Below, piece by piece: positions 46,576-55,288 of a stretch of DNA of 64,000 nt. A program made the position numbers and the translations under genes. Position 1 is the stretch's first letter. Each line of letters begins with the position of its first letter. The notes beneath the pieces are model-generated. The model worked only from the letters and a program-made list of their open reading frames with translations. It searched no databases and had not been told where the DNA came from. This DNA comes from an uncultured Candidatus Saccharibacteria bacterium. Its GTDB lineage: Bacteria > Patescibacteriota > Minisyncoccia > RBG-13-40-8-A. The stretch covers positions 463,282 to 527,281 of the forward strand of contig OZ246412.1 in the NCBI GenBank assembly GCA_965231075.1. The letters run 5' to 3'.

Positions 46576-46647
46576 TGGGCGATGTAGGAGTCGAACCTAC
46601 CGTATTCTGCGTGTAGAGCAGACGTTTTACCGATAAACTAATCGCCC
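46576..46647 (-). tRNA. tRNA-Val (anticodon TAC)
   Basis: minus strand gggcgat ta gttt atcggta aaac; anticodon stem tctgc/gcaga loop tctacac; T-arm gtagg ttcgact cctac. Confidence 0.75.
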
Positions 46648-46706
46648 CTGCTGAGCCCCGCCTTCGCTAAAGCTACGGCGGGCAAGTAAACGCCCCAACA
46701 ACCATG

Positions 46707-46789
46707 TGCCGGGGGCGGGACTCGAACCCGCACGGTCGTGAGACCACAAGATTTTAAGTCTTGCGTGGCTGCCATTACACCACCCCGGC
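46707..46789 (-). tRNA. tRNA-Leu (anticodon TAA), type II
   Basis: minus strand gccgggg...ccccggc; anticodon stem caaga/tcttg loop cttaaaa; T-arm gcggg ttcgagt cccgc. Confidence 0.9.
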
Positions 46790-46799
46790 AAAACAATAT

Positions 46800-47132
46800 T
46801 TAATTTTTTAAACTTCTTAAAATTTCTTCTACTCTGCCTGCTTTTTCTTCGATTTTATCAATAACAAATCTGATCTTGGGAACAAATTTAATCACAATTT
46901 CTTTATTTAAAATTCTTTGTAAATTCGGCTGTTGTTTGTCTAAAACTTCTAAAACCTTTTTGGATTGATTAAACGGAATCACACTTATTTTTATTTTAGC
47001 ATATTTCAAGTCCTTAGAAACGTCAACATTTTGCACGGTAATAAAAACATCTTTCACAAAAATTTCTCTCACAAGAATTTCTGAAATTTTTTCTTGTATT
47101 AAACTATTTATTCTGCTAATTCTGTCCTTCAT
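46800..47132 (-). CDS. rbfA: ribosome-binding factor A
   Basis: 110 aa; [22 protein letters not shown]-like N-terminus; downstream of infB as in the nusA-infB-rbfA operon. Confidence 0.9.
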   Translation of the reverse strand: MKDRISRINSLIQEKISEILVREIFVKDVFITVQNVDVSKDLKYAKIKISVIPFNQSKKVLEVLDKQQPNLQRILNKEIVIKFVPKIRFVIDKIEEKAGRVEEILRSLKN

Positions 47133-47180
47133 TTGATTAAATCTTTAGCGAGAATTATTTGTATAAAAGTCCGCATCGCA

Positions 47181-47229
47181 GACCGACCGCAGTCGGTCGA
47201 GATAGAGTGGGATCCCGCATTGCGGGATC
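47181..47229. repeat. pair of GC hairpins in the infB-rbfA spacer; second hairpin gatcccgcattgcgggatc is identical to hairpin 1 of element copy A
   Basis: gaccgaccgcagtcggtc and gatcccgcattgcgggatc read directly. Confidence 0.55.
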
Positions 47230-47270
47230 AACACGTGTCTTTTATATAAATAATTCGAGCCTTATAATCA

Positions 47271-48782
47271 TTATAATTCGCGTTTTTTGTGTTCTGTTCT
47301 ATAACATTCTAAAATATCTCCTTCTTGAATAATCGCATCCCCCTCAAACAATAATCCTGCCTCTCTCCCTTTCTCAACCTCCGGCATATCTTTTTTATTG
47401 TGTTGTAGCTGAACTATTTTTCCTGTGCCAATCTTTTCTTCGTTACGAATAATATCAACCTGTGTTTTGTTAACAAATTTTCCTTCAGTAACCTTTCCAC
47501 CTAAAATCATTCTGGTTTTTTCGGTTTTAAAAATTGCTAGAACTTTTAATTTCCCCAAATTTTCTTTTTCCGCTAATGGATCTAATAATTTCGCTGCATC
47601 CTTCCTAATTCCTTCGAATAATTCATAAATAATATCGTATGATCTGGTTTTAATTTTTTTTCTTTTGGCCATATCAGCAACATCGTTGGCAATTTTTACT
47701 CTGAAGGCAATAATAATTGAATTTGTTGATTCGGCTAGTTTTATATCGGTTTCTGAAACATTACCCACGTCAGCTTTTAAAATTTTTAATCCTATTTCTT
47801 CTAAATTTAACTTTGCTAAACTTTCTCCAATTGCTTCAAGCGAGCCGTGAACGTCGGTTTTTAAAATTACATTTAAAGTTTTCCCTCCACCAACACCTTC
47901 GGCATTTGGTGTGGCAGCTTGTATGTTAAAATTTACAGCCGGTTTTACTGTTACTCCCTGGATCGCGGATTGTTCGTTATCGACCACCTGGAATTTACTT
48001 CCCACTACCGGCACTTCGTTTAGTCCTATAACAATTACTGGTGTGCTTGGGATTGCTTTTTCAACTCTTTGCCCATTATAATCTTCTAGCCCCCTAACCT
48101 TACCATAAGCGTTACCACAAACAATCCACTTGCCCACCTCTAATGCGCCACTCAGCACTAAAAACGTCGCTGTAGCCCCTCTCCTTGCGTCCATATATGA
48201 CTCTACAACTACTCCCGTGGCTGGCACCAAAATATCGGCTTTTAATTCTTCCATTTCCGCAACCAATAAAATCATTTCTAATAAATCATTGACTCCCGTA
48301 CCAACCAAGGCCGAAAGTTTTATTGCGGGAATTTTGCCGCCACGTTGCTCAACAACCAATCCTTCTTTTTCTAATTCACCAACTGCTTTTTCAAAATTGG
48401 CTCGGGGATTATCCATTTTGTTCACCGCCACAATTACAGGAATTTCTTCTTTTTTGATTGATTCTATAACCTCTTTGGTTTGTGGTTTTACGCCCTCTTC
48501 TCCAGCAATAACCAATACTGCGATATCCGCAGTTTTAGCACCACGCGATCTCATTTGCGAAAATGCTTCGTGACCAGGAGTATCGATAAAAGTAATCAAT
48601 TTACCATTATATTCGGCCTGATAAGCACCAACGTGTTGCGTGATTCCACCCGATTCTTTAGCAACAACATGAGTTTTTCTAATGGTGTCTAATAATGTGG
48701 TTTTCCCATGATCGACATGACCCAAAATAACCACAATTGGTGGTCGATTCATAATATTTGAATTTTGTTTTTCTTTCATCAT
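47271..48782 (-). CDS. infB: translation initiation factor IF-2 (short form lacking long N-terminal region)
   Basis: G-domain GHVDHGKTTLLD, NKMD; 503 aa. Confidence 0.95.
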   Translation of the reverse strand: MMKEKQNSNIMNRPPIVVILGHVDHGKTTLLDTIRKTHVVAKESGGITQHVGAYQAEYNGKLITFIDTPGHEAFSQMRSRGAKTADIAVLVIAGEEGVKPQTKEVIESIKKEEIPVIVAVNKMDNPRANFEKAVGELEKEGLVVEQRGGKIPAIKLSALVGTGVNDLLEMILLVAEMEELKADILVPATGVVVESYMDARRGATATFLVLSGALEVGKWIVCGNAYGKVRGLEDYNGQRVEKAIPSTPVIVIGLNEVPVVGSKFQVVDNEQSAIQGVTVKPAVNFNIQAATPNAEGVGGGKTLNVILKTDVHGSLEAIGESLAKLNLEEIGLKILKADVGNVSETDIKLAESTNSIIIAFRVKIANDVADMAKRKKIKTRSYDIIYELFEGIRKDAAKLLDPLAEKENLGKLKVLAIFKTEKTRMILGGKVTEGKFVNKTQVDIIRNEEKIGTGKIVQLQHNKKDMPEVEKGREAGLLFEGDAIIQEGDILECYRTEHKKREL

Positions 48783-49246
48783 TTTATTGCTTTGTTAATG
48801 GCTTGCTGTTCTTCATCTGACAAATTATATCCTATCGACTTTCCAGCTTCGATTGGTTTGGTGTAAATTCTTGTTCCTTCGCGAGAATATAGTGAAGAGA
48901 TCACCAATCCATTGTTGTTGCTGTCCAGCAACGCCACTGCAAAACTTTGATCTCCGCCCGTATCCTTAAACGGATTAAATCTTACCACGCCAACCTTGGT
49001 GATTGAGATGTCAGAAATTTTTTGTAATTTTTCGTTCCAATCAGAAAGTTTTTTAATGTCATTTTTAACTTCCTTGATGAGTTTGGTTTGTTCGGTTACC
49101 ACCTCCTCGACGTCCATCACTTTCGCACCCTTCATAAAAATTTTAATTTTCTTCCGTGTCTTCAAAAATAAAAACACTAAAATAATATCAACAACTGTTA
49201 AAATTGCTAAAATTATTAAAATTAAATTGTTGGTCAAAATAGACAT
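48779..49246 (-). CDS. hypothetical protein with N-terminal TM helix
   Basis: start taken at MSILTNN; TM LILIILAILTVVDIILVFLFL then soluble domain. Confidence 0.4.
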   Translation of the reverse strand: MSILTNNLILIILAILTVVDIILVFLFLKTRKKIKIFMKGAKVMDVEEVVTEQTKLIKEVKNDIKKLSDWNEKLQKISDISITKVGVVRFNPFKDTGGDQSFAVALLDSNNNGLVISSLYSREGTRIYTKPIEAGKSIGYNLSDEEQQAINKAIK

Positions 49247-49334
49247 ATTTTTTACGTTCGGACCTGTCCATCTTTGGCGGAGAGTGGAGGATTTTCCGCC
49301 CAAGGCGGACCAGCCTCGGGCTGGGAACTACATT

Positions 49335-49421
49335 CGGAGAGGGTGAGATTCGAACTCACGATACCTTTTCAGATATACCGCTTTTCGAGAGCGGCCCATT
49401 CAACCACTCTGGCACCTCTCC
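49335..49421 (-). tRNA. tRNA-Ser (anticodon CGA), type II
   Basis: minus strand ggagagg...cctctcc g; anticodon stem ccgct/agcgg loop ctcgaaa; T-arm gtgag ttcgaat ctcac. Confidence 0.85.
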
Positions 49422-49431
49422 ATTATTGCGG

Positions 49432-49502
49432 TGGACCCAGGGGGAGTCGCACCCCCGACTCATCCATGCCATGGATGTGTTTTACTGCTGAACTATGGGC
49501 CC
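49432..49502 (-). tRNA. tRNA-Ala (anticodon GGC)
   Basis: minus strand gggccca...tgggtcc; anticodon stem catcc/ggatg loop atggcat; T-arm ggggg tgcgact ccccc. Confidence 0.7.
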
Positions 49503-49516
49503 AAAAAACTCTCGAT

Positions 49517-49588
49517 TGCCCCGACGAGGAATTGGACCCCGATCTCTCCCTTAGGACGGGATTGCTCTATCCGTTGAGCTATCAGGGC
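49517..49588 (-). tRNA. tRNA-Arg (anticodon CCT)
   Basis: minus strand gccctga ta gctc aacggata gagc; anticodon loop gtcctaa; T-loop tccaatt noncanonical. Confidence 0.7.
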
Positions 49589-49680
49589 TCAATATTTTTT
49601 AATCCTAACACACTTTTATTATAATTTAAACCCCCCAGCATCAAAATTTGATGTGGGGGTAAAAATTAATTTAAACTTGT

Positions 49681-49896
49681 TTATTCTACTGTGATAATCT
49701 GTACCGGACAAGCTGCAGCCGCTTCCTTGTTACAACCAGGATCGTCTATTTCTAACTCAAACTTATCTCCGCCCATGTCTTTGGCATCTTTTAAAGATGA
49801 TTTTCCGTCATCTCCCATGTGCCAAAAACTTGGACAAACCGCGACACAGGTCCCGCAACCAATGCATTTGTCTCGTTGTTGTGTGATTTTTGCCAT
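49681..49896 (-). CDS. 4Fe-4S ferredoxin
   Basis: CIGCGTCVAVCP and second Cys cluster; 71 aa. Confidence 0.8.
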   Translation of the reverse strand: MAKITQQRDKCIGCGTCVAVCPSFWHMGDDGKSSLKDAKDMGGDKFELEIDDPGCNKEAAAACPVQIITVE

Positions 49897-49964
49897 AAAT
49901 TAAGGATTACTTTTTAATAATTACCTGATTTTATCAATATAGCACAAATTAAAGATCAAAACAA

Positions 49965-50675
49965 CTAAAATCTTAAGTATTCGTCCCAATAATCATAGAG
50001 TTCTTTTGTGGCAACGATGTCGTGGCTATTATATTCGGCAATTTCCTTAAACTTCCCTTCTCGGAACATTCTAGTGACATCCTCGCCTTTTACTCCTTCC
50101 GATTTGGGACTCTTAATCCCAAACGCCCTAGACCACATGTGTAGGCCACCTTTTTTTCTGGTTGATCCGTAAAAAGTTAATTGATCATATAAATCAACGT
50201 GTTTGGCATTGAATTTCTGTAAATTAAGATAACGATTAGATAATAAATCTTTGCTTGGCCTGATTCCGTGAATTGCCGATCTCACCATTAAAAATGGAAC
50301 ATCGAATCCTCGACCATTAAAACTAATAAACTCATCGTATTTTATTGCTAGTTCCCAAAATTTTTCTAACATTTCTGGTTCGGTCATTTGTTTAAATTTA
50401 ATCCCATCTTTTTCAAATTCTTTGATTTCTTTTCCGGGCGCCTGGAAATAAACCGCGCCCTGCTCTTTTTCGTAATCCAAAACGCCAATTACTACAACCT
50501 CGCCAGTTAACGGCGAAAACCCAAGCCCATCTTTGAGATCGCTTAGATCTTTTTCGTATTCTTCTTTGTTATCGATTTCTTTTCTAATCCAATGCGTTAA
50601 AACTTCCTGAGTGGTTTCATCAAGCTTATCAAAATCCTCGCCAATTGTTTCAATGTCAAAAACTAGTTTGGGCAT
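49965..50675 (-). CDS. predicted 3'-5' exonuclease, RNase H-like fold (PolB-exonuclease-like)
   Basis: Exo I-like FDIETIG at N-terminus, later YNSHDIVAT; 236 aa. Confidence 0.55.
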   Translation of the reverse strand: MPKLVFDIETIGEDFDKLDETTQEVLTHWIRKEIDNKEEYEKDLSDLKDGLGFSPLTGEVVVIGVLDYEKEQGAVYFQAPGKEIKEFEKDGIKFKQMTEPEMLEKFWELAIKYDEFISFNGRGFDVPFLMVRSAIHGIRPSKDLLSNRYLNLQKFNAKHVDLYDQLTFYGSTRKKGGLHMWSRAFGIKSPKSEGVKGEDVTRMFREGKFKEIAEYNSHDIVATKELYDYWDEYLRF

Positions 50676-50786
50676 GTTTTATTTTTACTTAATTTGTTTC
50701 TTTATTAATTATAGCAGAATTGACCCAATTTTAAAATTTTGTTAAGATTAAATCCTAAAATAGCTCTTAAAATCAAGGAGGAAATT

Positions 50787-51842
50787 ATGCTTAATCACGC
50801 TTATCCGGTCAAGATTTTTGCAACCACAGGAACCGCTAAGTTGGCAGAGGAAATTTCCGAAGAATTAAGGAAAATCCTTCCGCTAGAGTATCGACCAGAA
50901 GATGGGAGAATTTTGGGCAGAGTTAACTTCGAAGAATTTTCTAATGAAAACTTCCAAGCACAACTCATTGATAATGTGAGAGGACATTTTGTAATCGTTG
51001 TCCACACGCAGGTACCACCGGTACACAATGGTCTTTTCGAATTATTCGGCATTTTGGATGCAATCAAAAACGCCCAAGCCGCCGACATTCTTCTGGTGTT
51101 CCCCTACATGCCCTACGTCAGATCCGATCGCAAAAACAAACCAAGAATTTCGGTTATGGCTCATCGATTGGCCGACATTATTAGTAACTCCTTCCGGATC
51201 AGAAGAGTGCTTCTCATGGATCCTCATGATTCTCACGTGAAACATTATTTTGAACCGGCCGCGGATGAGATCACAGCAATTAATCTTGTGGGAGATTATC
51301 TGGAAAGAAAATTCTTTTCTATACACCCCAAGCAAGATTGTGTTATGGTGTTTGCCGATGCCGGCGCTGCCAAGAAATACGGAACACTTGCTCACGATCT
51401 CCAAATTGCTTCCGCATATATCGACAAGGACCGACCCGACGATATGGAAAACCCGGAAATCAAGAAAGTTGTCGGTAGTGTCGATGGGCGCGTTTGCATT
51501 TTGATCGACGATGAAATTCTAACCGGAAAAACCTCTGTTCAAGATGCCGAAACCTTAATCAAAGAAGGCGCCCTAGAAGTTCACGCATTCGCCATACATG
51601 GAATTTTAAACAACAAGAAGACTTCCTGGGAGGCAGTGATTAAGAAGATTGATGAATCTCCAATCAGAACCGTTGTGGTGACAGACAGCATCCCTGTTCG
51701 CCACAAAATCGATTCAAATCCAAAATTCGTTGTCCTGAGCGTGGTCAAACTTTTGGCCCACGCAATCGGCAATGCGGTTCAAGGCGGTTCATTGAGTGCG
51801 CTTCACGAACGAAAAAATGTTGATCTTTATCGTGGAACCTGA
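50787..51842 (+). CDS. prs: ribose-phosphate pyrophosphokinase
   Basis: VKIFATTGTAKLAEEISEEL N-terminus, strong SD aaggagg 7 nt before ATG; PRPP-binding region VLLMDPH... and ILIDDEILTGKT. Confidence 0.9.
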   Translation: MLNHAYPVKIFATTGTAKLAEEISEELRKILPLEYRPEDGRILGRVNFEEFSNENFQAQLIDNVRGHFVIVVHTQVPPVHNGLFELFGILDAIKNAQAADILLVFPYMPYVRSDRKNKPRISVMAHRLADIISNSFRIRRVLLMDPHDSHVKHYFEPAADEITAINLVGDYLERKFFSIHPKQDCVMVFADAGAAKKYGTLAHDLQIASAYIDKDRPDDMENPEIKKVVGSVDGRVCILIDDEILTGKTSVQDAETLIKEGALEVHAFAIHGILNNKKTSWEAVIKKIDESPIRTVVVTDSIPVRHKIDSNPKFVVLSVVKLLAHAIGNAVQGGSLSALHERKNVDLYRGT

Positions 51843-51900
51843 CTTTAAAATACCTCGATTCCTAACGGAATCGAGGTATTCTTTTTTGTCTATTTTGTTT

Positions 51901-52470
51901 TTATCCTTTACCGACTCTTTCTGTATAGTCGCCAGTTTCTGTATTAATTCTAATTATGTCTCCAGATTCGATAAACAATGGAACATTCACCATCGCACCG
52001 GTTTCGATTTTTACCGCTTTCACTCCACCTTGAGCAGTGTTTCCTTTAATGCTGGGTGGCGCTTCGATTACCTTAAAATCCATTTTCACCGGTAAATTTA
52101 CGTTAATAATTTTTCCTTCAAACTCGACAATTTCAACCGGACCATTTGGCTTCAAATAGGGGCTGATGTTTCCAATTTGTTCTTCGCTCATTTCAAATCT
52201 TTTTGAGGGATCATTCATCTCGCAAAAGAAATATTTTCCACGGTTGGCATAGAGAAACTTAACGTCTCGGTAATCAATGTTGGCCTCTTCAAAGCTGTCG
52301 GTGTGTTGAAAATTACGGCTCATGGTTTTACCGTTAATCAAATTTTTAATTTTAGTTTGTGCTACCGGTTTTCTTTGTTGCATTCTAACAAAACTAAATT
52401 CCATAACTTGGTATGGTTGTCCATCTAAAACAAAAATGACTCCCGGTTTAAGATCATTATAATTTATCAT
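51901..52470 (-). CDS. efp: elongation factor P
   Basis: MINYNDLKPGVIFVLDGQPYQVMEF; 189 aa. Confidence 0.95.
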   Translation of the reverse strand: MINYNDLKPGVIFVLDGQPYQVMEFSFVRMQQRKPVAQTKIKNLINGKTMSRNFQHTDSFEEANIDYRDVKFLYANRGKYFFCEMNDPSKRFEMSEEQIGNISPYLKPNGPVEIVEFEGKIINVNLPVKMDFKVIEAPPSIKGNTAQGGVKAVKIETGAMVNVPLFIESGDIIRINTETGDYTERVGKG

Positions 52471-52590
52471 AAACTTATATTTACTTAGATATTCTTAATT
52501 TACCTTAAAATTTAATTTTCTGCAACCCCGACGCAAGGTCGGGGTAAAGTTTACTCTGTCATCAATGGGGCTCGACGCAATGCGAGATCG

Positions 52591-52627
52591 GCATAAATTA
52601 AAAATCACCCCGCAGTTGCGGGATGAT
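52591..52627 (-). terminator. Rho-independent terminator downstream of csp (minus strand)
   Basis: minus-strand hairpin atcatcccgcaactgcggggtgat followed by ttttaatttatgc. Confidence 0.6.
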
Positions 52628-52652
52628 TTTTATCAACAAATCCTAAATAAAA

Positions 52653-52850
52653 TTAAATTTTAGTTACATTTGTCGCGTTTGGTCCTTTTGGAGAATCAGC
52701 CTTGTCAAAAGACACATTGTCTCCAACTTTCAAATCCTCGAAAGTTACGCCCTTAAGTTCATTTTTGTGAAAAAATAAATCTTTAGCCTCACCTTCAACA
52801 GCGATGAATCCAAACCCTTTTTCGTTAAGGTTTTTTATTGTTCCTGTCAT
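52653..52850 (-). CDS. cspA: cold-shock protein (CspA family)
   Basis: MTGTIKNLNEKGFGFIAVEG...DLFFH RNP motifs; 65 aa. Confidence 0.95.
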   Translation of the reverse strand: MTGTIKNLNEKGFGFIAVEGEAKDLFFHKNELKGVTFEDLKVGDNVSFDKADSPKGPNATNVTKI

Positions 52851-52859
52851 GTTTGCTCG

Positions 52860-52909
52860 CCCTGTTAAATTTCGCCTACGGCGAACCCGCTTCGCGGGAT
52901 TTAACGGGG
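52860..52909. promoter_or_regulatory. structured intergenic element copy C (ccctgttaaat/atttaacgggg inverted repeat, two hairpins), 9 nt upstream of csp start codon
   Basis: hairpins ttcgcctacggcgaa and cccgcttcgcggg. Confidence 0.6.
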
Positions 52910-53030
52910 TAAATTAATGATTAACGTTTTAAGGTCTTCCCTAAAGTTTGGTTTCAAAAATAAACTCGACTAAATTTTTATTAAGCAACCCACTTGTACC
53001 GTGTAATCATAACACGTATCGAATAAATAA

Positions 53031-53612
53031 TCAATCTCTTCTTTCTCGCACAAATCCGATGCGTTTATTCTGCGCTGTTCTTTTTATAAAATGTGCTAGG
53101 GCTTTTTTGTACATACTCGCATCATATTGTTTATAATCATCAATATATGCTATGCGAATACGTTGATAGGAGGGTGGCATTTTTTGAAAATGTTTCCAAG
53201 CCTCTTTGTTTGCTTTTAACGCCTTTAAGGTTTCTGGAGAAATTTTGAGTTTTTCTTCTTTGTCTGTTTTGGGATTAAACGCATGTACAACAGCTTTAAA
53301 TCCCCATTTTGTCATTTTGTTTTCTTTAATAAGTTCGCGTATGCGTTCTTTGTTCATTTGCGAAAGTACACTATTAGGTCTGCGCGGAGAAAAACGTTGA
53401 GCAAAAGATTCTGTGTCGATTTTTTTGACAGTGCTATCTATCCATCCGTAAGCAAGAGCCTCTAAAACTGCGTCGTCATACGAAATGCGAGGCTTCTTGG
53501 TTTCTTTACGATAATATACGAGCCAAATTTCGTTCTGCTTTTTATGATTTTTCGCTAACCACTTCCGCCAGTCCTTTCTATTAGTTACATATAATTTATT
53601 TTTGATTTCCAT
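53031..53612 (-). CDS. YdeI/OmpD-associated family-like protein
   Basis: 193 aa basic protein; EIWLVYYRK...AYGWIDS pattern; weak. Confidence 0.4.
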   Translation of the reverse strand: MEIKNKLYVTNRKDWRKWLAKNHKKQNEIWLVYYRKETKKPRISYDDAVLEALAYGWIDSTVKKIDTESFAQRFSPRRPNSVLSQMNKERIRELIKENKMTKWGFKAVVHAFNPKTDKEEKLKISPETLKALKANKEAWKHFQKMPPSYQRIRIAYIDDYKQYDASMYKKALAHFIKRTAQNKRIGFVRERRD

Positions 53613-53671
53613 GTTGTTATCCTGTCAAAAAACCACCTCGATTAAAAGGTAGTTCTATTGAAATTCCTCTT

Positions 53672-53747
53672 GGGGTGCCCAACGGGAATCGAACCCGTAT
53701 AGCTGGTTCCACAAACCAGAACTCTAACCGTTGAGCTATGGGCACCA
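53672..53747 (-). tRNA. tRNA-His (anticodon GTG) with encoded G-1 and CCA
   Basis: minus strand g gtgccca ta gctc aacggtta gagt; anticodon stem ctggt/accag loop ttgtgga; T-arm acggg ttcgatt cccgt; tgggcac c cca. Confidence 0.9.
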
Positions 53748-53780
53748 TAATCTATATCATAATTTAAAACACATTTTAAG

Positions 53781-53811
53781 TCAAATAAAAGAGGGGCGTG
53801 GTTAGCGCCCC
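53781..53811 (-). terminator. Rho-independent terminator on minus strand (closes the GC-rich candidate ncRNA)
   Basis: minus-strand ggggcg ctaacca cgcccc followed by tcttttatttg. Confidence 0.65.
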
Positions 53812-54010
53812 GTTGTCTCCTGAAGCAAGAAATGTAGATGTGGTGGAAGCTGATCCGGTCTCTTGGCGCTGCTGTGGAAGCTGCTCGTCGAGGTTCTGAC
53901 CGTAATCGCTGCTGTGTGTTTGAATTGGCGGATATCGGGACTAGTACATCCCGTCGATGGATGAATGCCGTCCGCACACATCACCCCGCAACTGTGACAA
54001 TACATTTTCA
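53812..54010 (-). ncRNA. candidate structured ncRNA (GC-rich; possibly SRP RNA/ffs-like), minus strand
   Basis: ~200-250 nt block of markedly higher GC than flanks, no credible ORF, ends in a minus-strand intrinsic terminator; contains GGUCAG...AGCAGCGCCAAG...CCGGAUCAGCU segments reminiscent of SRP domain IV; identity unproven. Confidence 0.35.
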
Positions 54011-54085
54011 CTTCCTTTCAGTGTGCAAAATAAATAGGCGTTTAGCCTACATCCATAATACTATAATAGATTTTTAAAATCAAGA

Positions 54086-55204
54086 TTATTCCCCGATTAG
54101 TCCCTCCTCTGTATAGATATTTCTAGGATTCCACAAAAGCCAACCCATTCCACCAGCATCATCGGTGGCCTGTTTCTGCAATTCAATCATTTTGGCGTCA
54201 TAAATTGCGCCCATATTAAAGTCCTGCAACCATGGTCTCAATTTGGCTAACTCTAGTTCCGGATTCGACGCCGACAAACTGGCAATTCTTTCGTTTCCTT
54301 TTTGCAGTTCTTTAAAAATTACTTCGTAGGGATAACTGGCTGGGTTTTCAAAACCCATAAATCCGGGCGGATAGTGTGATGGATAAACCATCGGACAAAC
54401 ATAATCAAAATAAGGCACAGCATATTCTAACCACTGTCCAATTCCTAGGTCATTTGTACTGCTCATTGTTAAACCAAATAAATCTGCCGAAATTGGAATG
54501 TTTAATGGCTTTAACCTTTGATCAATATATTCAAAAAATTGTCTAATAATTTCTTTTTTGGGTGTTTTTTGGTCCCAAAACGGATAAATTGCGCTAGAAA
54601 CGTTGCCGTCAGAAGGAAAGCGAATATAGTCAAAATTAATTTCATCAAAACCAACTTTAATTGCCTCCTTGGCAATTTCTAAATTGTAATCCCAAACCTC
54701 TTGTGATGCCGGATCAACCCACGCCAAACCGTTATTGTCTTCCCAAATTCCACCACCGGGTTTCTTGATTGCTAAATCAGTTCTTTCTCTGGGTAGATAG
54801 TTGTCTTCGAAAACGGCAATTCTGGCAATTATATAAATATTTTCTGTGTGTAATTTTCTTATTAATCCGTTAATATCTTTGATAAAGATCTTTTCTGAAC
54901 CAATTTTTTTAATCATGTCACTTTTGGTTTCAAACGGAACCCTGCCAGTATAATCTTTTAAATCAATCACAATCGCATTTAGTTCTGTGTTCTTTATTAG
55001 GTCAATTAATTCATTTATTCGATCATTTCCGGCGGTTCTAAATGTTGCATAAACTCCCTTAGCGGCAAACGGCTCTGGCTTTTTGATTAAATCAATTAAA
55101 AAATCTCCTCGCCCCACAAATATGGTGCGAGGAATATCAGTAACAATAAACCCGATTATCACTAACACAATAATCAAAAAAATAAAGATTTTATCTTTTT
55201 CCAT
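54086..55204 (-). CDS. membrane-anchored putative glycoside hydrolase (TIM-barrel, DUF4015-like)
   Basis: N-terminal TM anchor; FDEINFDYIRFPSDGN segment; 372 aa; weak family assignment. Confidence 0.4.
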   Translation of the reverse strand: MEKDKIFIFLIIVLVIIGFIVTDIPRTIFVGRGDFLIDLIKKPEPFAAKGVYATFRTAGNDRINELIDLIKNTELNAIVIDLKDYTGRVPFETKSDMIKKIGSEKIFIKDINGLIRKLHTENIYIIARIAVFEDNYLPRERTDLAIKKPGGGIWEDNNGLAWVDPASQEVWDYNLEIAKEAIKVGFDEINFDYIRFPSDGNVSSAIYPFWDQKTPKKEIIRQFFEYIDQRLKPLNIPISADLFGLTMSSTNDLGIGQWLEYAVPYFDYVCPMVYPSHYPPGFMGFENPASYPYEVIFKELQKGNERIASLSASNPELELAKLRPWLQDFNMGAIYDAKMIELQKQATDDAGGMGWLLWNPRNIYTEEGLIGE

Positions 55205-55209
55205 TCTAA

Positions 55210-55281
55210 TACCCTCAGTAGGAATCGGACCTACATCACCTGCTTAGAAGGCAGGTGCTCTATCCATTGAGCTATGAGGGC
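55210..55281 (-). tRNA. tRNA-Arg (anticodon TCT)
   Basis: minus strand gccctca ta gctc aatggata gagc; anticodon stem cctgc/gcagg loop cttctaa; T-arm gtagg tccgatt cctac. Confidence 0.8.
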
Positions 55282-55288
55282 AAAAATC

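Noticed and set aside
49274-49624. 116-aa plus-strand ORF
   Set aside because: Spans three minus-strand tRNA genes (Ser, Ala, Arg); GC-rich antisense artefact.
53642-54077. ORFs 53642-53977 (-), 53802-54011 (-), 53838-54077 (+)
   Set aside because: Arg/Cys-rich, GC-rich codon usage unlike the rest of the genome, mutually overlapping, and one overlaps tRNA-His; region better explained as structured ncRNA.
53776-54085. tmRNA or RNase P RNA identity for the GC-rich island
   Set aside because: A segment resembles the tmRNA 5' region (attcatccatcgacggga vs auucuggauucgacggga) but no tRNA-like 3' domain or tag reading frame is present; no RNase P P4 consensus. Left as an unassigned ncRNA with SRP-like hints.
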